Shown: one piece after another, positions 1-7,964 of the stretch
How the letters are laid out: each line of letters starts with the position of its first letter
How positions within the stretch are numbered: the first letter of the stretch is position 1
Source: Chloroflexota bacterium
Lineage (GTDB): Bacteria; Chloroflexota; UBA11872
Length of the DNA stretch: 64,000 nucleotides
Direction of reading: 5' to 3'
Assembly: GCA_965219705.1 (NCBI GenBank)
Contig: OZ244789.1
Span: 2,339,429-2,403,428 of the forward strand
Notes under the pieces: generated by a model
The model's input: the letters and a program-made list of their open reading frames with translations, nothing else
What the model was told of the DNA's origin: nothing
Databases searched by the model: none
Translations under genes and position numbers: made by a program

Positions 1-880
1 GCGACTGGAAGCGCTCGAGGATGAGAAACGCGCTGTGGCCTTCGTTCAGGTGGGCGACGGTCGGAGTGAGATCGAGCTCGGCCAGCGCGCGCATGCCGCC
101 GACACCGAGCAGGAGCTCCTGCCGAATGCGAATGTCGCTGTCGCCGATGTACAGGCGGGATGTGAGCTCGCCGTCCGCGGGGCTGTTCTCCGGCGTGTTG
201 GCATCGAGAAGGATGAGCGGCACGCGGCCGACGTCCATGCGCCACAGCCGCACGACGATCTCATGGCCGTCAATCGGCACCCGGATCGTCGCCGGCCCCC
301 CGTCGGCTGACCGCACCGCAATCACCGGCAGGACCTGCACGTCGTTGTCGGGAAACTGCTCGCGCTGGGCGCCGGCGGAGTCGATCGACTGCCGGAAGTA
401 TCCCTGCCGGTACAGCATCCCGACGCCGACCAGGGGCACCCCGAGATCGCTGGCGGCCTTGAGCTGATCGCCCGCGAGCACGCCCAGGCCGCCGGAATAG
501 AGCGGCACCGATTCCGCCACGCCGAACTCCATGGACACGTAGGCCACGCGCAGGCCCTCAAGATGGCCGTGCGTCTGCTCGAACCACGTTGGACGGGTCA
601 GATACTGGTCGTAGTCTTCCGCCACGCGGTCGAGATCCGCGACAAATACCGGGTCCTCGGCCAGCACCTGGAGCTGACCGGGGGCGGCCTGGGTCAGCAC
701 GGCAACCGGATTGCCCTGTGAGGCGTGCCAGATTTGGGCATCGATGCGCCGGAAGAGTTCCTGCGCCGCGGGCGTCCAGGTCCACCACACGTTGTAGGCC
801 AGGTCGCGCAGCCGTTCGAGCCGCGGTGGAAGCGCCGGCCGTACGGTAAACACTCGGCTCGGGCGGACCTTGCTTGTCAT
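1..880 (-). CDS. glgP: alpha-glucan (glycogen/maltodextrin) phosphorylase, N-terminal part; ORF runs off the left window edge
   Basis: Own minus-strand translation from the ATG at 880-878: MTSKVRPSRVFTVRPALPPRLERLRDLAYNVWWTW...YVSMEFGVAESVPLYSGGLGVLAGDQLKAASDLGVPLVGVGMLYRQGYFRQ. The SMEFG / YSGGLGxLAGD block is typical of GT35 alpha-glucan phosphorylases. It is absent from the ORF track because no stop codon lies inside the window. Confidence 0.85.
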   Translation of the reverse strand, partial: MTSKVRPSRVFTVRPALPPRLERLRDLAYNVWWTWTPAAQELFRRIDAQIWHASQGNPVAVLTQAAPGQLQVLAEDPVFVADLDRVAEDYDQYLTRPTWFEQTHGHLEGLRVAYVSMEFGVAESVPLYSGGLGVLAGDQLKAASDLGVPLVGVGMLYRQGYFRQSIDSAGAQREQFPDNDVQVLPVIAVRSADGGPATIRVPIDGHEIVVRLWRMDVGRVPLILLDANTPENSPADGELTSRLYIGDSDIRIRQELLLGVGGMRALAELDLTPTVAHLNEGHSAFLILERFQS

Positions 881-976
881 GCGCTACACCATCCGCGCAC
901 GCACGGACGCAGGCGCGGCGCCGGAGCGTGCGGCAAAGGTCTGGTGGTCATGGGGCTGGCGGTATGCGACGGACGG

Positions 977-1639
977 CTACGCCGCGATCACCCAGAGATT
1001 CTCGGCGACGGTATCGTCAACCACGGCCATCAGGTCGTCGACGTGAACCACGATATGCCCGGCCGGCGTGCGCTCGGCGACCTCGATCACGCGTCCCGGG
1101 ACGAGCTGCTTCTCCTCAAAATAGTGCAGCAACGCGCTGTCGTCTTCCGCGGGCTCGGAGAGGCGAACCACGCGCACCTTGGACCCGACCTCGGCGGCTG
1201 ACAGCTTGAAGAGGTTGCCCACGTCGGTCTCGGGGTAGTTGCCCGGAATGGGCAAGCCATGCGGGCATGTGGGCGGGTTCCCCAGCGCCTCCGAGATGCG
1301 ATCCGTGAGGTCCGGCGAGATCGCGTGCTCCAGGCGGTCGGCCTCGTGGTGCACCTCGGCCCAGCCGAGGCCCAGCGTCTTGATGAGCCAGTGCTCGATG
1401 AGGCGGTGACGGCGCGCAAGCTGCTCGGCGGTGCGCTCGCCGCCAAGGGTCAGGTATACCTCACGCTGTGGAGCGATCCAGACGTGACCGTCGCGCACCA
1501 GCCGGTCGAGCGATGCCGAGACCGTCGGTGCGGACACGTTCAGGCGCTCCGCCAGACGAGCGGCGATGACGGGTCCGCCCTCGGCGCGCAGCCCATAGAT
1601 CGCCAGCAAATAGTCTTCAGACTTGCTCGTCAGCGCCAT
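977..1639 (-). CDS. DtxR/IdeR/MntR-family metal-dependent transcriptional regulator with a C-terminal FeoA/SH3-like domain
   Basis: Starts at internal Met 82 of ORF 977..1882. The sequence MALTSKSEDYLLAIYGLRAEGGPVIAARLAERLNVSAPTVSASLDRLVRDGHV...RRHRLIEHWL is classic DtxR HTH plus dimerisation helix. The upstream 81 aa is Arg/Pro-rich junk. Confidence 0.85.
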   Translation of the reverse strand: MALTSKSEDYLLAIYGLRAEGGPVIAARLAERLNVSAPTVSASLDRLVRDGHVWIAPQREVYLTLGGERTAEQLARRHRLIEHWLIKTLGLGWAEVHHEADRLEHAISPDLTDRISEALGNPPTCPHGLPIPGNYPETDVGNLFKLSAAEVGSKVRVVRLSEPAEDDSALLHYFEEKQLVPGRVIEVAERTPAGHIVVHVDDLMAVVDDTVAENLWVIAA

Positions 1640-1703
1640 ATATACCCATTCTGCCACGAGAGCCGAGCCGGGCGGCGCCGCGCGAGATGCGCGGCGCAGG
1701 GCT

Positions 1704-2807
1704 TCAGGCCGGGCGGCCGCGAGCGGCGGGAGGCGCGAAGGCCGCGCCTGGGCGCCGGCGCGGCGCCACCCCGGCGCGTAGGAAGGCCAGCACGTCGCCG
1801 TCAAGCTGGACCCTCGCGCGGGTCCCGAGCGGGGCGAGAAAGGTCGGGCCGGCCCGGCACTCGACGACCAGGCCCGAGTCAAAGCGCACCCGTACGAGCT
1901 GGTCGTGCCCGAAAAACCGGCGCGCTTCGATCGCTCCCTGCCCGCTCGGATCTTCGGATATCTGCAAGGCCTCCGGCCGCACGTAGAGATCGACGGTTCC
2001 GATCATGGGCTCTGGAATCGTCACCGTGCCGAGGTCGCAGACCACCGCTCGGCCGATGCCCGCGCCCTCGATGACGTTGAACTGGCCGATGAAGTCCGCC
2101 ACGGCTCGGTTTACCGGCTGGCGATAGATTTCGTGCGGCGGCGCGACCTGGAGTACCCGGCCATCGATCATCACGGCCACCTGATCGGCCAGACTCAGGG
2201 CCTCCTCCTGGTCGTGGGTCACGAATACGGCGGTCGTGCCGGATTCGCGCAGAACGCGGCGCACGTCGGTCCGCAGGTCCTGGCGCAGCGCCGCGTCGAG
2301 GTTCGAGAACGGCTCGTCCAGCAGCACGACTCGCGGCTCCGGCGCCAGCGCGCGGGCCAAGGCCACCCGTTGTTGCTGCCCGCCCGAGAGCTCGTGCGGC
2401 ATGCGTGAGGCCAGCTCCGCCAGGCCGACCAACTCCAGCGTGGCGGCAACCCTGCTGGCACGACCGTTCCGTCGCGACAAGCCAAACGCCACGTTTGCCC
2501 GCACGTCGAGGTGGGGAAACAGCGCGTAGTCCTGGAACACGAGGCCGACGCGCCGCCGCTCGGGCGGCACGCTCACGTCGGGGCCCTGAACCACGGAACC
2601 GCCGAGCACAATGGTCCCGCCATCGGGCCGGTCCAGTCCCGCGATGAGGCGCAGCGTCGTCGTCTTCCCGCATCCGCTCGGCCCCAGCAGCGCCAGGATG
2701 CTCCCGGCCGTCACGTGGAACGACGCGTCATCCACGGCCGTGGCGGTGCCAAAGCTCTTGCTCAGGCCGTCACAACGCAGGGCGATCGGCTCGGCCCCTA
2801 GCGTCAT
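1704..2807 (-). CDS. ABC transporter ATP-binding protein (FbpC/PotA-like importer ATPase with a TOBE-like tail); no cognate permease adjacent
   Basis: Walker A GPSGCGKTT, signature [15 protein letters not shown] and Walker B VVLLDEPFSNLD are all present. Confidence 0.85.
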   Translation of the reverse strand: MTLGAEPIALRCDGLSKSFGTATAVDDASFHVTAGSILALLGPSGCGKTTTLRLIAGLDRPDGGTIVLGGSVVQGPDVSVPPERRRVGLVFQDYALFPHLDVRANVAFGLSRRNGRASRVAATLELVGLAELASRMPHELSGGQQQRVALARALAPEPRVVLLDEPFSNLDAALRQDLRTDVRRVLRESGTTAVFVTHDQEEALSLADQVAVMIDGRVLQVAPPHEIYRQPVNRAVADFIGQFNVIEGAGIGRAVVCDLGTVTIPEPMIGTVDLYVRPEALQISEDPSGQGAIEARRFFGHDQLVRVRFDSGLVVECRAGPTFLAPLGTRARVQLDGDVLAFLRAGVAPRRRPGAAFAPPAARGRPA

Positions 2808-2872
2808 CCGTGCATCCTCACGAACAAGCCTCGGCTAATGCTGAATATTAGCTAAGGCGAACCGTGGTTGTG

Positions 2873-3994
2873 CTAGCCGTGAGGCACTAACGCACCACGC
2901 GTGATGTGTCCGGAGTCTTGCTGAGCAAATGCCTCGTTGATGTCGGTAAGCGGAAAGTGGTGCGACAGCACGCGGTCGAAGGGCAACCGCGACACATTGT
3001 CCCCCAGGAAATCCAGAGCGTGCCGCAGGTCCTGCGCGGTGTAGTGCGCCACGCCGATGATCGAGATGCTGCGGAACACGATCCATGACGGATCGAACTC
3101 GGCGTGCCACCCGACATTGATGTTGCCGATCTCGACGTACCGCCCACCCGGCGCGGTCATTTGCAGCCCCTCGGTGACCACCCCGGGGTGCCCCACCAGC
3201 TCAAGGGTCACGTCGGCGCCCAGACCATCCGTCAGCTCGCGCACGCGGTCCACGCGCTGCGCGGGCGTCTCGAACTCGCGCATATCCACGATCTCATCGG
3301 CGCCGAAGGCTCGAATCAGATCGATGCGCTCATCCACGCCGTCGATGGCGATGACCTTCGAGGCCCCGTGCGCCTTGGCGACCGCGGCCGCGTACACGCC
3401 AAGTCCCCCAGCCCCCTGGATGGCCACGGTCTCGTTGAACGTCAGGTCGGCGCGTCGCAGCCCCGAGATGACCTGGACCAAGGCGCAATTCAGCCCGGAC
3501 GTCATGTCGTCGCTGAGGTGGTCCGGCGCCTTGTACATCGTGTGCTTTGGATGCAGGTAGTAGTACTGGGCGAACGTTCCGCGGAAGTGCGGCCACTCCT
3601 CCAGCCCGCCCAGGCGGTCATGCTGCCGCGTGGGACAGGCGTAGGTGTGACCTTTGAGACAGGTTGGACACTGCAGGTCGGGGTAGAGATATGAGAAGAC
3701 GACGCGGTCCCCTTCTTCGAGGGGCACACCCATGGTGTCGCTGGTCACGCCGGCTCCCAGCCGGAAGATCTCGCCCGTGCCTTCGTGGCCAAGGGACGCC
3801 GGCATCGGGCGACCCATCTTGACCATGTCCATCTCGCCGCGCCAGTAGTGCATGTCCGAGCCACAAATGTTCGCCAGATTCATCTTGATGACGGCCGCGC
3901 CCGGCTCTGGATCGGGGACGTCAAACTCGCGCAGCTCGAAGGGCTTGCCCGAACCCAGGAACGCGGCGGCCACGCCTTTCTCGGCCATTGCCAC
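2873..3994 (-). CDS. zinc-dependent alcohol dehydrogenase family (MDR) oxidoreductase
   Basis: CGSDMHYW...GHEGTGE catalytic zinc region, a structural Cys cluster CPTCLKGHTYAC, and the Rossmann motif IQGAGGLGV. Confidence 0.8.
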   Translation of the reverse strand: MAMAEKGVAAAFLGSGKPFELREFDVPDPEPGAAVIKMNLANICGSDMHYWRGEMDMVKMGRPMPASLGHEGTGEIFRLGAGVTSDTMGVPLEEGDRVVFSYLYPDLQCPTCLKGHTYACPTRQHDRLGGLEEWPHFRGTFAQYYYLHPKHTMYKAPDHLSDDMTSGLNCALVQVISGLRRADLTFNETVAIQGAGGLGVYAAAVAKAHGASKVIAIDGVDERIDLIRAFGADEIVDMREFETPAQRVDRVRELTDGLGADVTLELVGHPGVVTEGLQMTAPGGRYVEIGNINVGWHAEFDPSWIVFRSISIIGVAHYTAQDLRHALDFLGDNVSRLPFDRVLSHHFPLTDINEAFAQQDSGHITRGALVPHG

Positions 3995-4080
3995 TTCTCC
4001 TCACGACCGCGGCGGCGGTCAGCGACGCTTGGGCGCTAGCCTATCCCATTGCCTTTCGGCGGCACGACGATAATGGCGCG

Positions 4081-5856
4081 ATGACAACCGACGGCTGGAT
4101 TCTGATCGGCGTGCTGGGCGGCGCTCTGGTGCTCTTTGCCAGCGAGCGCGTCCGCCCGGACTTGGTTGGCGTTCTGGCGTTGCTCGCCGTGGCCTTCGCC
4201 GGCCTGGTGACGCCGGATCGAGTGTTCAGCGGGTTCGGCAGCCCCGCGGTGATCACGGTCGCGGCCATGTTTGTCCTGAGCGCGGGTCTGGTGGAGGCCC
4301 GCGTGCCTGACGCGATCGCGTCAGGCATCGCGCGCGTTGGCGGCCGATTTCGCCTGCGCCTGGCGCTGCTGGTGCTCATCGTGGGCGTGATGTCGGCGTT
4401 TATGAATAACATTGCCGCCACCGTCATTCTCATCCCCGCGGCCACGACGCTCGCGCTTGGCGCCAAGACCGTGCCCTCCAAGCTCCTCATCCCGGTCTCG
4501 TTCGGGTCCTTGCTGGGCGGACTGGTCACGCTCATCGGCACGCCGCCGAACTTGCTCGTGAGCGAAGCGCTGGCCCGTGCCGGCGAGACGCCCTTCGAGA
4601 TGTTCGACTACGCGCCGACCGGCCTGGCCGTCCTGGCAGTTGGGCTGCTCTACCTGTTGATTGCCGGTCCGCGGCTCATTCCCGCGCGCGAGGGCCCGGA
4701 CATCGACCGCGAGATCCACCAGACGCGCGAGTTCATGGCTGAGCTCGAGGTGCCGGGGGACTCGGCGCTCGCCGGGCGGACGCTGGCGCAGCTGCGCTGG
4801 CGGCCTCGCTTCGAAACCGCCGTGGCCGAGATCACTCACCTGGGTGTCAGGAACAGGTTTCCGGGGCCGTCGGACGCGATCTATGCGGGCGACAAGCTGA
4901 TCGTGGAAGGCGAGCTTGAGGCGGTCACCCGTCTTGTGCAGTCCGAGCGCTTGCGCTTCGCCGGCGAGCGCGCGGCGCAAACCGTTGACGATGTCAGCGA
5001 GGGCACTGCCGTGGTCGAGCTGGTCGCCGGACCGGCCTTTCGGTTTGGGCGCCAGACGATCGTGCAGATGAATTTCAGAGGGCGATTCGGCGGTGTTGTG
5101 CTGGGCATTTGGCGCCAGGGGCAGCGATTGAGCCGCTCGATCGTCAATGTGCGGATTCAGGCGGGCGACGTGCTGGTGGCTCGAGTGCCTGCCGACCGCG
5201 TGAGCACCTTGGCCCGCTCAGGCGAATTCATCCTCATCGGCCGCCGGCCGGCAAGGTATCCGGTCCGCCCGAGCATGGCCGTCGCGGTGTTCATTCTTGG
5301 CGCCGTCGTGGCGCTGGCTGCCGCGGACATCGCGCCGATTGCCGTAACGGCCGCCGCCGGCGTGATCCTCATGCTCATCTTCCGCGTGTTGCCCTATGAC
5401 CGTATCTACGCGGCCGTCGAGTGGCGCACGATCATTCTCATCGGCACGCTCATCCCGCTGGGCGACGCGATCACGACCACGGGCCTTGCCGATCTCGCGG
5501 CCCAGTGGGCCAACGAGTATGTGAGCCCCCTCGGACCGTTGGCGGTGCTCGCCGGGCTGTTCGTTGCCACGGCGCTGCTGACGCAGCTGATGTCGAATGC
5601 CGCCGCCGTTGTGCTCATCGCTCCTTTGGCGCTGCAGATCGCCGCGAGCGCCGGCATCGCCGCGCAGCCGGCCCTCATGATGGTGGCGATATCGGCCTCG
5701 ACGGCCTTCCTCACGCCCATCGGTCACCAGGCCAACCTGCTCGTCTACAACGCCGGCGGCTACCGGTTCACGGACTTCCTGCGCGTGGGCGCGCCGCTGA
5801 CGCTCTTGATCCTCATCACGTCGCTGATCGTCGTGCCGCTGGTGTGGCCGGTCTAG
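4081..5856 (+). CDS. SLC13/DASS-type anion permease with two internal TrkA-C (RCK_C) domains
   Basis: Polytopic hydrophobic N- and C-terminal halves flank two soluble repeats (ELEVPGDSALAGRTLAQL... and VVELVAGPAFRFGRQTI...). I prefer the ATG at 4081 (MTTDGWILIGVLGG) over the track start at 3988. Confidence 0.75.
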   Translation: MTTDGWILIGVLGGALVLFASERVRPDLVGVLALLAVAFAGLVTPDRVFSGFGSPAVITVAAMFVLSAGLVEARVPDAIASGIARVGGRFRLRLALLVLIVGVMSAFMNNIAATVILIPAATTLALGAKTVPSKLLIPVSFGSLLGGLVTLIGTPPNLLVSEALARAGETPFEMFDYAPTGLAVLAVGLLYLLIAGPRLIPAREGPDIDREIHQTREFMAELEVPGDSALAGRTLAQLRWRPRFETAVAEITHLGVRNRFPGPSDAIYAGDKLIVEGELEAVTRLVQSERLRFAGERAAQTVDDVSEGTAVVELVAGPAFRFGRQTIVQMNFRGRFGGVVLGIWRQGQRLSRSIVNVRIQAGDVLVARVPADRVSTLARSGEFILIGRRPARYPVRPSMAVAVFILGAVVALAAADIAPIAVTAAAGVILMLIFRVLPYDRIYAAVEWRTIILIGTLIPLGDAITTTGLADLAAQWANEYVSPLGPLAVLAGLFVATALLTQLMSNAAAVVLIAPLALQIAASAGIAAQPALMMVAISASTAFLTPIGHQANLLVYNAGGYRFTDFLRVGAPLTLLILITSLIVVPLVWPV

Positions 5857-5859
5857 CGC

Positions 5860-7007
5860 CTATCCAGGCGCGCCGTTCTCGAAGCGGCCCAGGCGAAACA
5901 TCTCGACGTCGTGCTGGGATTGGCCATCGAGTGCCAACTCAGCCGCGATCTCGCCAACGACGGACGCGAACTTGAACCCGTGCCCGGAGCACGCGGAAAC
6001 CAGCGTGACGTTCGGGTGCCGCGGATGCGCGTCGATGATGAAGTGACCGTCCGGCGTGGTGGTGAACATGCAGGTCATCAGGGTCAGCGCGCGGCCGTTG
6101 GCTCCCGGAAAGTAGGGCGCCAGGCAGCTGCGCAACAGCGCCTCGTCGGATTCGTCCGCCGTCCGCTGCAGCGCAGCCGGTGTTACCGCAGGCTGCAAGT
6201 GGTGCATGCGGCCGAGCTTGAGACCGGGCGGACCGAATCGCGGCAGCCCATAGAAATACTCTTCGTCGCCGGGAGGTTGCAGCAGCCACACCGGCAATCG
6301 CTCCGGCTCGCACAGCGCGGGCGTATCGGCCTCGAACCATCCGACGACCTGGCGAGTAACCGCCAGCGGCAGGTTCAGGTCCGCCAGCAACTCCGCCATC
6401 CACGCCCGGCTGTGAGCACGAGCCGATCGGCTCGGTAGACGCCGTGCTGCGTGTGAACCTCAACGCCTTCGGACGTCGCCTGCCAGCCGGTTATGGTCTC
6501 TTGCGTGCGCACCTCCGCCCCGCGGGCGCGCGCCGCGTCCGCGTGCGCCAGGATCGCCCGCTCGGGAAGCAAGAACCCGGCCGACTGGTCGTGCACGCCG
6601 ATCATGTCGTCCGAGAGGCGAATGGCGGGAAACTTTCGCTGGACGCCGGCGGCGTCGAGCACCTCGTGCGCCAGCCCAAAGCGCTGGGCGGCCATCAGAG
6701 CCCCGTGTACGACGAGCGCGTCCGGCCGTCCCAACGACAGGCCGCCCGTGTGGATGAAGAGCGTCTCGCCGCTAATGCCCTCAAGCTCGCGCCACAGCGT
6801 CTGCGCTCGCTGCACGAGCGGCACGTACCCCGGCGCGTTGTAGTACGCGTGCCGCATGATGCGCGTGTACCCGTGGGAGCTGCCCTGGTCGTGGGCGAGC
6901 TCGAACTGTTCGAGCGCCAGCACCCGCACGCCCCGGCGCGCCAAATGGAACGCGGCAGAGCTACCCATGGCGCCTACGCCTACTACGATGACATCCCAGT
7001 CAGACAT
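5860..7007 (-). pseudogene. solA: monomeric sarcosine oxidase / N-methyltryptophan oxidase-like FAD enzyme, split by a 1-nt frameshift near 6405-6407
   Basis: ORF 6375..7121 gives MSDWDVIVVGVGAMGSSAAFHLARRG...LVLTAGRGW and then goes out of frame. ORF 5860..6399 continues with MAELLADLNLPLAVTRQVVGWF...SGHGFKF. Adding one G to the GGG run restores LVLTAGAWMAELLADLNLPL, the expected continuous sequence. Confidence 0.7.
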
Positions 7008-7045
7008 GCGGGCAGAGTCCCCGGCGCACACGAAGCGTCCGCATT

Positions 7046-7948
7046 GTGCGAAAGGCCCGGCGCATGAGCCAACCGCTGCGAATGGTGCTGTTGGGCACCG
7101 GGACTCCCGACCCGCGTCCACATCGCGGCGGATCGTCGACGTACGTCGCCGTGGGCGGCGCGGGCCTGGTCTTCGACCTCGGCCCCGGCGCGACCCGAAA
7201 TCTAGCCGCCGCCGGCATCGATCTGCTCAGCATCGGGCATGTGTTCTTTACCCACCTGCACTTCGACCACACCACCGACTACCCCCACTTCGCGCTGTCG
7301 CGCTGGGACCAGGGCGCCGGGCGCGGGGACGATCTCAAGGTCTACGGGCCGCGGCCGCTGCGTCGCACGACCGAGCGGCTGTTCGGCCATGACGGCGCCT
7401 TCGGCCCCGATCTCGTCGCGCGCACCAACCACCCCATGAGCCTGCAAGCGTTCCGCAACCGCGGCGGTCTGCTGCCGCGACTACGCCCGAGGATTCAGGT
7501 CCGAGAGCTTGAGATCGGGGACGTCGTCACCGCCGATGGGTGGACGGTTCGCGTTGGGCATGCGCAGCACGCGCAGCCGTATCTGCGGTCACTGGCCTAC
7601 CGGCTTGACGCCGAGGCTGGGTCGGTCGTGATCTCGGGCGATACGCGACCGCTGCCTGAGGTGGTCGAGCTGGCGCGCGGGGCACATACGCTCGTCCACA
7701 TGGCCATGCATGTCGATGCGGCGCGCGAGCGCTGGCCCGACATCTACACCGCGTGCACCACGGCTCGCGGCGCCGGCGAGATTGCCGCCGCGGCGGGCGT
7801 CAAGCGGCTGGTCCTCGTTCACGTGGCCGAGGAAGCCGACGACCCGTCGTATATGGACGCGATGGTGGCCGAGGCGCGCACCGTCTTCGACGGCTGCGTC
7901 ATCGGCGGCGCCGACGGCCTGCAGCTGACGTTTCCCGCGTCCGTCTAG
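7046..7948 (+). CDS. MBL-fold metallo-hydrolase (RNase Z / beta-lactamase-like superfamily)
   Basis: HLHFDH (HxHxDH) motif and a LLGTGTPDP start. An alternative start at 7064 (MSQPLRMVLLGTG) is possible. Confidence 0.75.
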   Translation: MRKARRMSQPLRMVLLGTGTPDPRPHRGGSSTYVAVGGAGLVFDLGPGATRNLAAAGIDLLSIGHVFFTHLHFDHTTDYPHFALSRWDQGAGRGDDLKVYGPRPLRRTTERLFGHDGAFGPDLVARTNHPMSLQAFRNRGGLLPRLRPRIQVRELEIGDVVTADGWTVRVGHAQHAQPYLRSLAYRLDAEAGSVVISGDTRPLPEVVELARGAHTLVHMAMHVDAARERWPDIYTACTTARGAGEIAAAAGVKRLVLVHVAEEADDPSYMDAMVAEARTVFDGCVIGGADGLQLTFPASV

Positions 7949-7964
7949 CGCGCGCTCCCCGCGT

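Noticed and set aside
21-561. The track ORFs at the left edge (21..467, 35..310, 46..321, 322..561, 558..788).
   Set aside because: All are out of frame with the clear glgP reading frame that spans 1-880 on the minus strand.
1640-1882. The long N-terminal extensions offered by the ORF track for several genes: 977..1882, 3988.., 13248..14954, 16201.., 31967..33178, 39352.., 46069.. and 60992...
   Set aside because: The extensions are compositionally junk, overlap neighbouring genes or REP elements, and lack ribosome-binding sites. Internal starts give family-typical N-termini.
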